From an uncultured delta proteobacterium (GTDB lineage: Bacteria > Desulfobacterota > Binatia > JACPRU01), in NCBI GenBank assembly GCA_963745025.1, contig CAVUWD010000016.1:768001-832000 (forward strand): a stretch of 64,000 nucleotides of DNA, read 5' to 3'. Below, piece after piece: positions 37,092 through 48,846 of the stretch; the stretch's first letter is position 1, and each line of letters starts with the position of its first letter. A model generated the notes under the pieces. That model was not told the origin of the DNA, did no database searches, and saw nothing but the letters and a program-made list of their open reading frames with translations. Position numbers and translations under genes: made by a program.

Positions 37092-37109
37092 CCCTGGTCC
37101 GGAAGTCCT

Positions 37110-37364
37110 CTAGCGCGAAGCCGCCTGCACGGTCTTGACGACCTCACCTCGATGGGCGGCGAGGATCGCCATCATGCGATCCTTGCCAACGAGCTTGACC
37201 TTCTGAATGCGCTTCTTTTCCAATTCTTCTTCCGGGGTCAGGTAGTGTTTGTGGTTGAGCTTGTCGAGCTTCTTCTTGAGATCCTGGTGCTCCGCGTAGA
37301 GGCTTCTCAGCTCGGGCAGCTGGTCGGCCAGAGAAAGAATTTCTTCTTCTTCTCTCTTTTCCAT
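37110..37364 (-). CDS. DUF465/YdcH-like small protein
   Basis: LYAEHQDL...LTPEEELE...KLVGKDRM. Confidence 0.75.
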   Translation of the reverse strand: MEKREEEEILSLADQLPELRSLYAEHQDLKKKLDKLNHKHYLTPEEELEKKRIQKVKLVGKDRMMAILAAHRGEVVKTVQAASR

Positions 37365-37397
37365 GTCCCTCTTCCCTCTTTCCGCGTTGTTTTGGAT

Positions 37398-38129
37398 TTA
37401 TGACACCGCGTTTTCCATTGTCAACGAGGCGCGTTGGAGGTTCCGCTCGGCCGCGGGGGCATGCACGTAGACGGGCAGCAGCGCCTCGACGCGATCGGCT
37501 TCGCCGCGCGCGAGCCGGCGCTGTCCGAGGAGCGCAACCACCCCTCCCCGCGGGTAGATCTCGCCGAACGAGGCGACTTCGACGCCCTCGCCGCGAAGCT
37601 CGGCGAAGACTGCGGGATAGCGCTCGGGTGCGTCCCCGACGACGAGCGAGCGCCCCTCGCCGCGAAGCGCTCCGACGACGCGCTGCGCTGCCGCCTCCGG
37701 CGACAGCACCAGGTCCTCGCAGACCCGCACCAGCTCGCGGCCCGACCGCCGAAAGATCGCCACGTAGGTCTCGCCGCGCCGCGCGTCGGTGACCGTCGCG
37801 ATCGTGGCGAAGTCGGTCGGCGCCGCCGTGGCCAGCGCCTCGAGCGTGCTGATTCCGGCGACGCGAGAGCGACCCGCAAACGCGATTCCCTTGGCGAAGC
37901 CCAGGCCCACTCGCAGGCCCGTGAAGGAGCCCGGCCCGGTCGAGATGGCGACTCCGTCGACTTCTCGGAGCCTCACCCCGCTTTGCTCGAGCACGCGTGC
38001 GACCAGGTCCGGGAGCCGCGCGGCGTGTCCGCTGCTCGAACGCTCGGCGATTTCGCCGAGGATGCGTTCGTCAAGGACGACGCCAACCGTGCTCACCGCA
38101 GTCGCCGTCTCGATGCCGAGGACGATCAT
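37398..38129 (-). CDS. tsaB: t6A biosynthesis protein TsaB
   Basis: LGIETAT, GPGSFTGLRVG, DARRGETY. Confidence 0.92.
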   Translation of the reverse strand: MIVLGIETATAVSTVGVVLDERILGEIAERSSSGHAARLPDLVARVLEQSGVRLREVDGVAISTGPGSFTGLRVGLGFAKGIAFAGRSRVAGISTLEALATAAPTDFATIATVTDARRGETYVAIFRRSGRELVRVCEDLVLSPEAAAQRVVGALRGEGRSLVVGDAPERYPAVFAELRGEGVEVASFGEIYPRGGVVALLGQRRLARGEADRVEALLPVYVHAPAAERNLQRASLTMENAVS

Positions 38130-38135
38130 AAGGAC

Positions 38136-38212
38136 GGCTTCCGACTTCCGGCTTCCGGCTTCCGGCAAAGCCTTCTTGGCGTCTTCTGCGGTAGCCGGCA
38201 GTCGGTAGCCGG
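38136..38212. repeat. Heptamer-armed palindrome (copy 5)
   Basis: Four ggcttcc/gacttcc units...gcggtagccggcagtcggtagccgg between rseP and tsaB. Confidence 0.8.
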
Positions 38213-38223
38213 TGGACTCTTGG

Positions 38224-39309
38224 TCACCCCTGAATCCACCTGTAAATGTCGTTGTACACCGCGAACAGCATCAAGCTGACCAGCAGGAAGAGACCGACCT
38301 GCTGCGCGACCTCGCGCACGCGCGCCTGCACGGGACGCCGCATGACCGCTTCGGTGGCGAAGAAGAACAGGTGTCCGCCGTCGAGCACGGGGATCGGCAA
38401 TAGATTCAGGACGCCGAGGTTCACGCCGAGGAACGCCATGAACTCGAGCAGGCTCTTGAGCCCGCTCTGCGCGCGCTCGCCCGCGATGCGGGCGATGGTG
38501 ATCGGTCCGCCGAGCTCATGCGCCGAGATCCTGCCTTGCGCCATCTTGACGAGCGAGAGCACGATCAGCTCGGAATAGAAGTAGACCTGCTTCGCCGCGA
38601 GCCAGGGAGCCTGGATCGCCGCCACGGCCTGGGTGTCCGCGGCTCGCTCGATGCCGATGCGGTACGCCTCCCCGACGGTTTCACCGAAGATGTTGAGGGT
38701 GGCTTGCTTCTCGGGGACGACCGTCACGTCGACGACCGCATCGCCGCGCTTCACCTTCAGCGCCATCGCATTGCCCTTGCTGCCGACGGTGTGCTCGACC
38801 AACTGGTCCCAGGTCGAGATCTCCTCGTCGTTCACGGAAAGGATCCGGTCATTGGCGAGGAGGCCGGCCTTCTCCGCGGGCAAACCATGGATGAGGGCTC
38901 CGACGGCCGGAAGATTCGATGGGACGGGGATCCCGTAAAACAGGGCGACGACCACCAAGCACGCCCAAGACGAGGCGAGATTCGAGAACGGCCCGGCGAA
39001 GACGATCGCAAACCGCTTGTAGAGCGGCTGTTGGGCGAAGGATCGCGCCTGATCGGCGACGTCTTCGCTCGCTTCGCCATCGTCGTCCTCGCCGAGCATC
39101 TTTACGTAACCGCCGAGCGGGACGAGGCTGACGACATATTCGGTCTCGCCGACGCGGGTGCCGACGATCTTCGGGCCGAAGCCGAGCGAGAAGCGAAGCA
39201 CCCGCACGCCCGAGGCCTTCGCGACCAGGAAATGGCCGAGCTCGTGGACGAAGATGAGAACGCCGAGCACGAGCACGGCGGCCAGGATGTAAACTACGAA
39301 AGTGCCCAT
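38224..39309 (-). CDS. rseP: RIP metalloprotease
   Basis: HELGH, PLGGYVKM, PDZ region, NLLPIPVLDGG. Confidence 0.93.
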   Translation of the reverse strand: MGTFVVYILAAVLVLGVLIFVHELGHFLVAKASGVRVLRFSLGFGPKIVGTRVGETEYVVSLVPLGGYVKMLGEDDDGEASEDVADQARSFAQQPLYKRFAIVFAGPFSNLASSWACLVVVALFYGIPVPSNLPAVGALIHGLPAEKAGLLANDRILSVNDEEISTWDQLVEHTVGSKGNAMALKVKRGDAVVDVTVVPEKQATLNIFGETVGEAYRIGIERAADTQAVAAIQAPWLAAKQVYFYSELIVLSLVKMAQGRISAHELGGPITIARIAGERAQSGLKSLLEFMAFLGVNLGVLNLLPIPVLDGGHLFFFATEAVMRRPVQARVREVAQQVGLFLLVSLMLFAVYNDIYRWIQG

Positions 39310-39355
39310 CCGTTCCGAATCCCCCCGGTGCCGTCGTTTTGCAGCCGAAAAGCTG

Positions 39356-40174
39356 CTAGCCGCCGGCGCGTACAAAGTTCACGTAATAGTAGACCAAGAC
39401 CACGGGAAACACGAGGCTGTCGGTGCGGTCGAGCACGCCACCGTGTCCGGGCAGAAGCCAACCGGAATCCTGGGCCCCGAAGGCGCGCTTCAAGAGCGAC
39501 TCGCAGAGGTCGCCGAGCTGGGCCAGGAGCCCGGTCACGAGAGAAAGCAGGAGGACCTCTCCCCACGTCAACATCGGCAGCAGGAGCACCTTGACGATTC
39601 CGCCGGCCAAGACGTTCCCGCCAACCGCCCCGGCAGACCCCTCGAGGGTTTTCTTGGGGCTGACCGAAGGTATGAGCGGATGCTTTCCGAAAGATCGCCC
39701 GACGAAGTATCCGCCCGAGTCGCCCCCCATCGCCACGGCGAGCACGAAGAGCACCCATTTGGGGCCGCTGTCGGCTGGATTGACGCGCAGCCAGATGAAA
39801 TGCGGAATGAATGCGCCCGCATAGAGCGCACCGATGAGCACGTGACCGAGGCTCGTCACGGCTCCTGCCGGGTCATCGCCGACGATCAAGCAGCTGATCA
39901 AGCCGATCGTCACCACGGCCATAAGGCCGGCCACCACCACCATCGCGCTTTCCGGCGGATTGCCGGCCATGCCGACCGCGAGCAGCGCTCCGGAGATGAT
40001 GCCCAGCCGCCGCAGCGGCGGCCGCGTCGGGAACGCCATCTGAAAGTACTCGACCAACGCGACCAACGTGAAGAGTAGGACGACGCCGCGGAAGACGACG
40101 AAGGGTGCCCAAAACACCAGCCAGAGAAGGAAAGGAATCGCGACCGCCGCGGTCGCGAGTCTCGCCGGCAGCAT
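39356..40174 (-). CDS. cdsA: Phosphatidate cytidylyltransferase
   Basis: SPKKTLEG, GDLCESLLKR, PGHGGVLDR. Confidence 0.94.
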   Translation of the reverse strand: MLPARLATAAVAIPFLLWLVFWAPFVVFRGVVLLFTLVALVEYFQMAFPTRPPLRRLGIISGALLAVGMAGNPPESAMVVVAGLMAVVTIGLISCLIVGDDPAGAVTSLGHVLIGALYAGAFIPHFIWLRVNPADSGPKWVLFVLAVAMGGDSGGYFVGRSFGKHPLIPSVSPKKTLEGSAGAVGGNVLAGGIVKVLLLPMLTWGEVLLLSLVTGLLAQLGDLCESLLKRAFGAQDSGWLLPGHGGVLDRTDSLVFPVVLVYYYVNFVRAGG

Positions 40175-40214
40175 CGCGGGTTCCCCGTCTTACGTCACGC
40201 GGCCGGTCGCGTCC

Positions 40215-40976
40215 CTAACGAGCCGCACCGATCCGCTCTCGGTCGATCTGCTCGTCGGTCAGACCGAACCGCCGCTCTCGGCCTTGGTAATGCGACAGCG
40301 CCGCGACGAACTCGGCCTCGCCGAAATCGGGCCAAAGGGTCGGCGTCACGAGGAGCTCCGAGTAGGCGATCTGCCAGAGCAAGAAGTTCGACACCCGCAT
40401 TTCACCGCTGGTGCGGATCAGCAGGTCGGGGTCGGGAATCCCTGCCGTCGAGAGATGCTCCGAGACGGTGGCCTCGCAGATTTCGTCGGGCTGAAGATTG
40501 CCCCGACGCACCTCGCGCGCCATCGCTCGCATGGCACTGGCGATCTCCTCCCGACCGCCGTAGCTGACCGCGAGGACCACGGTCATGCCGGTGTTGTTGC
40601 GGGTCGCCTCGATGTTGCGGCGCAGCGCCTCCTGAACCGCCCGTGGCAGGCGCTTCAGGTTACCGATCGCCAGCAGGCGGATCTGGTTCCGCATCATCTT
40701 GCCGAGCTCCGTCGCGAGGTATCGCCGGAGCAAGCTCATCAGCCCGTCGACCTCTTCGCGCGGCCGGCTCCAGTTCTCCGTCGAGAACGCGTAGAGCGAT
40801 AGATAGGGGATGCCGAGTCGGCGGGCCGTTTCGACGACGGCGCGCACCGCTTCCTTCCCGCGACGGTGCCCCTCGATACGTGGCAGTCCGCGGCCCCGGG
40901 CCCAACGCCCATTGCCGTCCATGATGATCGCGACGTGTCGGGGGAGGCGGTTGGAGTCGAGATCGACGAGAGACAT
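40215..40976 (-). CDS. uppS: Undecaprenyl diphosphate synthase
   Basis: HVAIIMDGNGRWA, AFSTENW, RTSGEMRVSNF. Confidence 0.95.
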   Translation of the reverse strand: MSLVDLDSNRLPRHVAIIMDGNGRWARGRGLPRIEGHRRGKEAVRAVVETARRLGIPYLSLYAFSTENWSRPREEVDGLMSLLRRYLATELGKMMRNQIRLLAIGNLKRLPRAVQEALRRNIEATRNNTGMTVVLAVSYGGREEIASAMRAMAREVRRGNLQPDEICEATVSEHLSTAGIPDPDLLIRTSGEMRVSNFLLWQIAYSELLVTPTLWPDFGEAEFVAALSHYQGRERRFGLTDEQIDRERIGAAR

Positions 40977-40998
40977 AGGTGAGATTGGCTCCAGGTCG

Positions 40999-41048
40999 CC
41001 GGCTACCGCAAAGCCTTCGTGACGTCTTTTCTGGAGGTCGGTAGCCGG
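40999..41048. repeat. Heptamer-armed palindrome (copy 6)
   Basis: ccggctacc-gcaaagccttcgtgacgtcttt...ggtagccgg between frr and uppS. Confidence 0.7.
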
Positions 41049-41049
41049 A

Positions 41050-41611
41050 TCAAACTGACAAAACCTCCTCCTCCTTGCTCTTGAGGACCTTGTCGACGCG
41101 CTCGAGATAGTCCTTGGTGGCCGCCTCGATCTTGTCGCGTGCGCGCCGGTTGTCGTCTTCGGTCAGCTCCTTCTCTTTGAGCATCTCCTTCAGCAATTCG
41201 AGTGCGTCATGGCGATGCGCCGCGCACCGACACGCGGAAATCCTCTGCCACCTTGTGCAGATGCCGGACGATCTCCTTGCGACGCTCGTCGGTCAATTCG
41301 GGAATCGGGATCCTCAGGATCTTGCCGTCGCTCATCGGATTCAGCCCGAGGTCCGATTGCTGGATCGCCTTCTCGATCGCGATCAGGGCCGTCTTGTCAA
41401 AGGGTTGTACGACGAGGAGCCGCGGCTCGGGAGCGGAGAGTGTGGCGAGCTGGATGAGCGGCGTCTTGGCGCCGTAGTAGTCCGCGTGAATGCCTTCGAG
41501 CAGCGCCGTGGACGCGCGGCCGGTCCGCGTGCGAGCCAGCTCGCGCCGGAACGCCGCGACCGTCTTCTCCATCTCTTTCTTGAGATCGTCGAGAACTTCC
41601 TGATCCGTCAT
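41050..41611 (-). CDS. frr: Ribosome recycling factor (frameshift near 41225)
   Basis: RTGRAS, DYYGAKTPL, SDLGLNP, PELTDERRKE. Confidence 0.93.
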
Positions 41612-41621
41612 GATCGCCTCA

Positions 41622-42441
<820 letters not shown>

Positions 42442-42459
42442 CGACTCACTCTAACCTGT

Positions 42460-43068
42460 TCAAGCGCTCTCGCCCAACTGGAAACGTGCGAAGCGGCGAA
42501 CATTGATGTTCTCGCCGAGCTTGGCAATCGCCTCGCTGACCACGTCCTTGACGGTCCTCTCGGGATCGCGAATGAAGGGTTGCTCGAGGAGGCAGACGTC
42601 GGAGAGAAACTTGTCGACCTTGCCATCGACGATCTTCTCGATCACCTTCTCGGGCTTCCCCGAGCTCTTCGCCTGCGCGCGATAGATCTCGCGCTCCTGC
42701 TCAACGACCTCGGCCGGGACCTCCTCGCGGCGGACGTAGCGGGGCACGCCGGCGATGCCGCGGCGACCTGCATGGCCAGTTCCTTCACCAGGTTTTGGAA
42801 GTCGGGGGTCTTGGCGACGAAGTCGGTCTCGCAGTTGACCTCGACGAGCACGCCGATCTCTGCCGCCGGCGTGGATGTACGTCCCGACCAGCCCCTCGCT
42901 CGTCGCACGGCCTGCCTTCTTGGCCGCGGCCGCCAACCCCTTCTCGCGGAGCCAGCGCACGGCCTTCTCGAGGTCTCCGCTGGCCTCGGCAAGGGCCTTC
43001 TTGCAGTCCATGAAGCCCGCGCCGGTTTTCTCGCGGAGCTCCTTGACCGCTTCGGCTCGGATCTCCAT
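42460..43068 (-). CDS. tsf: Elongation factor Ts, short form (frameshifted)
   Basis: [42 protein letters not shown]. Confidence 0.94.
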   Translation of the reverse strand: MEIRAEAVKELREKTGAGFMDCKKALAEASGDLEKAVRWLREKGLAAAAKKAGRATSEGLVGTYIHAGGRDRRARRGQLRDRLRRQDPRLPKPGEGTGHAGRRGIAGVPRYVRREEVPAEVVEQEREIYRAQAKSSGKPEKVIEKIVDGKVDKFLSDVCLLEQPFIRDPERTVKDVVSEAIAKLGENINVRRFARFQLGESA

Positions 43069-43849
43069 CAGTGCGCTTCCCCCTCCACCGTGCTCGGGGC
43101 TGGCGATGGCTCCGCAGCCTCCTCGCCCTCTTCTTCGTCCTTGCCGCGGCTGCGCTCCTCTGCGAGCGCCTTGCCTTCGAGCACCGCGTCGGCGATCGCC
43201 GCCGCAGAACAGACGGATGGCGCGGATCGCATCGTCGTTGCCCGGGATCTTCTAGTCGATGAGATCGGGATCGCAGTTGGTGTCGACCACCGCGACCACG
43301 GGGATGGCCGAGCTTGTTCGCCTCGCGCACCGCGATCTCTTCCTTCTTCGGGTCGATCACGAACATCGCATCGGGGAGCTTGCTCATGTTCTTGATGCCG
43401 CCCAGCGCCGTGAGCAGCTTGTCGCGCTCCCGACGGATGCCGAGCATCTCCTTCTTGGTGAGCGCCTCGGCCATCTTCGGATCCTCGAGCATCTCTTCGA
43501 GCTTCTTCAGCCGATCGATCGACTGCTTGATGGTCTGGAAGTTGGTGAGCATGCCGCCGAGCCAGCGGTTGTTCACGTAGAACATGCCGCAGCGCTCGGC
43601 CTCTTCGCGGATGGCGTCCTGGGCCTGCTTCTTCGTGCCGACGAACATGAGGGTCCCGCCGTCGGCCACGACGTCGCGGACGAAGGTGTAGGCGTCGCGA
43701 AAGAGCTTCACCGTCTGCTGCAGGTCGATGATGTAGATGCCGTTGCGGGCCCCGAAGATGTACGGCTTCATCTTCGGGTTCCAGCGGCTCGTCTGGTGGC
43801 CGAAGTGCACTCCGGCCTCGAGCAGCTGCTTCATGGTCACTTCGGCCAT
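43068..43849 (-). CDS. rpsB: 30S ribosomal protein S2 (frameshifted)
   Basis: [29 protein letters not shown]. Confidence 0.96.
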
Positions 43850-43932
43850 ACGGTCTCCTCGCGGGTTTTCTGCGGAATCACCTTAATCGAAGTAAAGTAT
43901 CAGAACGATCGCGGGGTTGCAACGCGAGGATC

Positions 43933-43982
43933 GGCTTCAGACAGGGACTTCGCGGCTGCCTTTGCTGTAGCCAGTAGTCGGC
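43933..43982. repeat. Degenerate heptamer-armed palindrome (copy 7), downstream of rho
   Basis: gacagggacttcgcgg core resembles the reverse complement of the copy 1 core; gtagccagtagtcgg arm. Confidence 0.55.
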
Positions 43983-43985
43983 TCG

Positions 43986-45328
43986 TCACTGGTTCATCGA
44001 GGTCAGGAACTCCTGATTGTTCTTGGTGCCTTGCATCTTGTCGAGGAGGAACTCCATGGCCTCGACCGTGTTCAGCTGCGAGAGGAGCTTGCGCAGGATC
44101 CAGACGCGGTTCAGGGACGTCCCGCGGGAGCAGCAGCTCCTCCTTGCGCGTGCCGGAACGGTTGATGTCCATGGCCGGGAAGATGCGCTTGTCCATCAGC
44201 CGGCGGTCGAGGTGGATTTCCATGTTGCCGGTGCCCTTGAACTCCTCGAAGATGACCTCGTCCATGCGGCTGCCGGTGTCGACCAGCGCCGTGCCGATGA
44301 TGGTGAGGCTGACCCGCCGTCCTCGATGTTGCGCGCCGCGCCGAAGAACTTCTTCGGCTTGCGGAGCGCGTTCGAGTCGACGCCGCCGGAGAGGATCTTG
44401 CCGCTCGGCGGCACGACGGTGTTGTAGGCGCGCGCCAGGCGCGTGATCGAGTCGAGCAGGATGACGACGTCGTTGCCGTGCTCGACCAGACGCTTGGCCT
44501 TCTCGATCACCATCTCGGCGACCTGCACGTGGCGCGTCGGCGGCTCGTCGAAGGTCGAGCTCACCACCTCGCCCTCGACCGAGCGCTGCATGTCGGTCAC
44601 CTCTTCGGGACGCTCGTCGATCAGCAGCACGATCAGGATCGACGTCCTTGTGATTGGCGGTGATGCCGTGGGCGATGTTCTGCAGCATCATCGTCTTGCC
44701 GGTGCGCGGCGCCGCCACGATCAGGCCGCGCTGGCCCTTGCCGATCGGCGTGAGCAGATCGATCATGCGCGTGGTGTACTCCTCGGGATCGTGCTCGAGA
44801 TGCAGCTGCTCGTGCGGGTAGAGCGGCGTCAGGTTGTCGAAGAGGATCTTGTCGCGCGCCTTCTCCGGCTCCTCGTAGTTGATCGCCTCGACCTTGAGCA
44901 GCGCGAAGTAGCGCTCGCCCTCCTTCGGCGGGCGGATCTGTCCGGAGACGACGTCGCCGGTGCGCAGGTTGAAGCGGCGGATCTGGCTCGGCGAGACGTA
45001 GATGTCGTCGGGACCCGGCAGGTAGTTGTAGTCGGGCGCGCGCAGGAAACCGAAGCCGTCGGGCAGGATCTCGAGCACGCCTTCGCCGTAGATGAAGCCG
45101 TTCTGCTCCGTCTGCGCCTGGAGGATGGAGAAGATCAGCTCCTGCTTCCGCAAACTCGAAGCCGCCTTCGATGTCGAACTCCTTGGCAATCGCGGCGAGC
45201 TCGTGGATCTTCTTTTCCTTGAGCAGCTTCAGGTTGAGGCCTGCACCGCCTCCCGCCGCCGGCTCTTCGATCACGTCGGGCATGGGAGTGTTCTCCTCTT
45301 GAACGTTGTTGCGACGCTGTCGGGACAT
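43986..45328 (-). CDS. rho: Transcription termination factor Rho (frameshifted)
   Basis: [47 protein letters not shown]. Confidence 0.96.
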
Positions 45329-45622
45329 CAAGTCTCCTGGAATCCGGCCGGGGATTGGCCAACTCGGACGACTGAGGGTCAGAGGAGCAGGAAATCTGCG
45401 GTGACCAGCGGAGTCAGATCGTTACGTAGTGAATCCCCGGAAAGCTGTCAACTCCGCTTTTCGGCGGGTCGTGGGTGATTTGGGCGACCGACGTCATGGA
45501 GGACAGGGACGGCTGCGGCATTGTCGGAATTGTTTTTCACAGTTGGCTTACGAGCGATGGAAGCAATTCCGGTAATGCCGCAACGTCCCCCTCACCATCT
45601 GTTCAGATCCCAAAATGACCCG

Positions 45623-46567
45623 CTAGCGTTTGCCGCTGCGCAGCTCTTCGAGGAGAGAGCGCATGTCGCGCGGCAGAGGAGCCTGCAGACGAACGAGCGT
45701 GCTCGTCACCGGGTGCGGGAAGCGGATCTCCGCGGCGTGCAGCGCTTGCCGCTGGAAGCTGCGGCCCGGCCCGCTCGCGGGAAGCGCTCTCCCCTTTCGA
45801 GTGCCGTAGAGGGGATCGGCGAGCACGGGATGACCCATCGCAGCCAGATGCACGCGAATCTGATGGGTCCGACCCGTCTCGGGCTCGAGGCGAAGAAGCG
45901 ACAGCGTCCCGAACGATTCGAGCACGGTGTAGCGCGTCCGCGCAGCGCGCGGCGAGCGACTGCGGATCGACATTCGCTTACGCTCGTGTGGATGGCGGCC
46001 GATCGCCCACTCGAGGGATCCCGCTGGAGCACGCGGCACGCCAAGGGAGATCGCCAGGTAGAGTTTCTGCACGCGCCGGTCGTGAAACGCCCGCGCCAAT
46101 GCTTCCTGCGCATGCGTTGTGCGCGCGACAAGCAGAATGCCGGAGGTCTCCTTGTCGAGCCGGTGAACGATTCCAGGCCGCTCCTCGGAGAGCGTGCGGG
46201 AGACGAGCTGGCGATGCAAGAGCGCGTTCACCACCGTGCCCCGCCACGCGCCAGGCGCGGGATGCACGACCATCCCGGCCGGCTTGTCCACGGCGAGCAC
46301 GTCGTCGTCCTCGTAGAGGATCTCGAGCGGTAGGTCTTCCGGCTCGGCGCGCGCGGGCGCCTCGGCCGGCGGGCGCACTTCGAGCGCCTCGCCGCCGGCG
46401 AGCGCGAAACCCGCCTTGCGCACCTTCCCGTCCACGCGAACGTGCCCGGCGTCGATCCAGCTCTTGGCCTGCGAGCGCGTTCGTGCCGCGCCGCTCGTCA
46501 CGAGAAAGACGTCGAGGCGAGTCGGCGCGGAGAGCGTAGGAACCCGCAGCGTGACCGGCTCGCTCAG
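45623..46567 (-). CDS. rluD: RluA/RluD family pseudouridine synthase
   Basis: S4 domain, DKPAGMVVHP, HRLDKETSG, TGRTHQIRVH. Confidence 0.88.
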   Translation of the reverse strand: MSEPVTLRVPTLSAPTRLDVFLVTSGAARTRSQAKSWIDAGHVRVDGKVRKAGFALAGGEALEVRPPAEAPARAEPEDLPLEILYEDDDVLAVDKPAGMVVHPAPGAWRGTVVNALLHRQLVSRTLSEERPGIVHRLDKETSGILLVARTTHAQEALARAFHDRRVQKLYLAISLGVPRAPAGSLEWAIGRHPHERKRMSIRSRSPRAARTRYTVLESFGTLSLLRLEPETGRTHQIRVHLAAMGHPVLADPLYGTRKGRALPASGPGRSFQRQALHAAEIRFPHPVTSTLVRLQAPLPRDMRSLLEELRSGKR

Positions 46568-47490
46568 ATCTTCAAGACCTCGCGGGCGCGCTCCGCGTCC
46601 CTGTGAATCTGTTCGACGAGCGCCTGCGGGGACGGGAAGCGCATCTCGCCCCGCAGCCGCCCCACGAGCGAGACGCGCAGCCGTTCGCCGTAGAGGTCGC
46701 CGTCGAAATCGAACAGATGCGCCTCGAGCGTGCGGCAGTGGCCTTGGCCGAAGGTTGGCTTCCGACCCACGTTCGCCACCCCGCTCCTCTGCTGCGCGCC
46801 CCATTCCACGCGCACCGCGTATACGCCGTCCGGCACGAGGATCGGCGAGCGCGAACGGACGTTGGCCGTCGGAAAGCCGAGGCCGCGTCCCCTGCGATCG
46901 CCGACGACGACGCGGCCTTCGACCGCGTAGGCCCGTCCGAGGAGTCGCGCCCCGAGCACCACGTCGCCCGCCGACAGACACTTTCGTACCTCGGTGCTGC
47001 TCACCGCGATTCCATCGACGGTGACCGGCCCGACGACTTCGACCTCGAAGCCAAATCGGCGTCCCGCGTCCTCTAGGGTGGCTGCGCTGCCGCCGCGCCC
47101 TCGCCCGAAGTTCACGCTGTGGCCGATGATCACCTTGACGACACCGAGGCGTCGCACGAGAACCCGTTCGACGAACTCGTCGGCTTCGAGCGCGGCGAAC
47201 GCGCGCGTGAAGTGCTGCAGGACTACCTTGGTGACACCCGCGTCACGCATCCGCGCGAGCCGTTCGCGCAACGGCGTCAGCGACGCCGGCGCTCGCTCCG
47301 GGAACAGCACCGCCGTGGGGTGCGGGAAGAACGTGATGACCACGCCGTCCCCATGACGCTCGGCCGCCTGGCGCACGACGCGTCCGAGAATTTCTTGGTG
47401 ACCGACGTGGACGCCATCGAAGTTGCCGAGCGTGGCGACCGGGGATTCGAGTCGGGCGCGAGACGCCTCGAGGTATCGAATGACTTGCAT
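46564..47490 (-). CDS. ribF: Riboflavin kinase/FAD synthetase
   Basis: GNFDGVHVGH, GFPTAN, LEAHLFDF. Confidence 0.94.
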   Translation of the reverse strand: MQVIRYLEASRARLESPVATLGNFDGVHVGHQEILGRVVRQAAERHGDGVVITFFPHPTAVLFPERAPASLTPLRERLARMRDAGVTKVVLQHFTRAFAALEADEFVERVLVRRLGVVKVIIGHSVNFGRGRGGSAATLEDAGRRFGFEVEVVGPVTVDGIAVSSTEVRKCLSAGDVVLGARLLGRAYAVEGRVVVGDRRGRGLGFPTANVRSRSPILVPDGVYAVRVEWGAQQRSGVANVGRKPTFGQGHCRTLEAHLFDFDGDLYGERLRVSLVGRLRGEMRFPSPQALVEQIHRDAERAREVLKI

Positions 47491-47517
47491 GAGGCGCGCG
47501 GGCGCGCCTGGCCCGCC

Positions 47518-48285
47518 TCAGGAGCTGAGCTCGGCGAGCTTCTGACGTCCCTTCTCGGCTTCCGGCGAAGCCCCGTGCTCGCTCACGAGCTTTTGCAGCA
47601 CCAGGCGCGCGTCGACCTTGTCGCCCAGCTCGGCGAAGGCCATCGCTTGCCGCAGCAGCGCCGCGGGCACTTTGTCGCCCTTCGGATAGCGCAGCAAGAC
47701 TTCGTTGAACTCCAAGATCGCCCGGTTGTAGTCGCGGTTCACGTAATAGGCCTCGCCGATCCAGTACTGGGCGTCGTCCGCGAGATCGGACTTCGGTGAC
47801 TTGCGGAGAAACTCGCGCAGCTTTTGGATCGCGCCGCCGTTGTCGCCACGACGCAGGAGATCGATGCCGTCGCGATATTCCGCCGGCGCCGATGGCGGAA
47901 CCGGCACGTTTGCCAGTTCGCCCTCCGGCCCGCTCGGAGTGGGAGCAACCGCGGCGGCGGTCTCAGTCCCCGCCGTCGTCGGAACCGTCGCGGCACCACG
48001 AGACTGCTCGACGGCCGCGATCCGCGCATCGAGGGCATCCAGCCGACGCATCAGATCGTCGAGCTTGCCTACCCCGGTGTTCTGATACTTGAGCGCCTCG
48101 AACTCGCCGCGCAACGAGTCGACGTCAACCTTCAGGCCGTCGACCATCGCCTTGGCGTCGGCCGCCTGCCTGCGCGCCTCGGTGACGTCGCCACGAACGA
48201 ATTGCACGTCGGCCTGAGTGGCGCATCCGAACGCCGCTGCGCCGAGCACCGCGAGCGCAAACCACTGCCGCTGAGCCGAGCGCAC
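47518..48285 (-). CDS. cpoB: Tol-Pal protein CpoB/YbgF
   Basis: Lipoprotein-like N-terminus, coiled coil, TPRs (AQYWIGE, YPKGDKVPAALL); follows pal. Confidence 0.88.
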   Translation of the reverse strand: MRSAQRQWFALAVLGAAAFGCATQADVQFVRGDVTEARRQAADAKAMVDGLKVDVDSLRGEFEALKYQNTGVGKLDDLMRRLDALDARIAAVEQSRGAATVPTTAGTETAAAVAPTPSGPEGELANVPVPPSAPAEYRDGIDLLRRGDNGGAIQKLREFLRKSPKSDLADDAQYWIGEAYYVNRDYNRAILEFNEVLLRYPKGDKVPAALLRQAMAFAELGDKVDARLVLQKLVSEHGASPEAEKGRQKLAELSS

Positions 48286-48287
48286 GG

Positions 48288-48803
48288 TTATTGGAGCACG
48301 ACGGAGTGCGCGCGCCGATTCCGCGACCAGCACGCCTCGTTGTCCTCGCGGCAGAGCGGCAACTCCTCGCCGTAGCTGATCGTCGAGAGTCGATCGGACG
48401 CGGTGCCGAGCGAAACCAGATAATCCTTCACGGCCTTGGCCCGCTTGGCGCCGAGCGCGAGGTTGTATTCCACGGTGCCGCGATCGTCGCAGTGGCCCTC
48501 GATCTCTACCTTCGCCTTCGGATTGTCCTTCAGCCACTGGGCGTTCGCCTGGAGAACGGAGCGGTCCTCCTGCCTCAGGTCGTAGCGATCGTAGTCGAAA
48601 TGAACGTCCTGCAGCGGGCCGCCTTCGGAGGGTCCCATGCCCTTCTTGAAGTTCTCGAGGCTACCGCCTGCGAGTCCGCCCTGGCCCATGCCTTCGGCCT
48701 CGGCTCCGACGCTGGGCTTCTTCTTCGCCGGACAACCGGTCAGCAGCAACGCCACCATCGCCACCGCACACAGCGCGACCGATCGTTCCCGCACTCTCTT
48801 CAT
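48288..48803 (-). CDS. pal: Peptidoglycan-associated lipoprotein
   Basis: LTGC lipobox, HFDYD, EGHCDDRGTVEYNLALG, NRRA. Confidence 0.94.
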   Translation of the reverse strand: MKRVRERSVALCAVAMVALLLTGCPAKKKPSVGAEAEGMGQGGLAGGSLENFKKGMGPSEGGPLQDVHFDYDRYDLRQEDRSVLQANAQWLKDNPKAKVEIEGHCDDRGTVEYNLALGAKRAKAVKDYLVSLGTASDRLSTISYGEELPLCREDNEACWSRNRRAHSVVLQ

Positions 48804-48846
48804 TCTCACCCCCCAAGACCTGAATAATTCGCACTCGCGGCGCGGC

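Noticed and set aside
42460-43068. Unusually short EF-Ts (~200 aa)
   Set aside because: The short form is known in several phyla.
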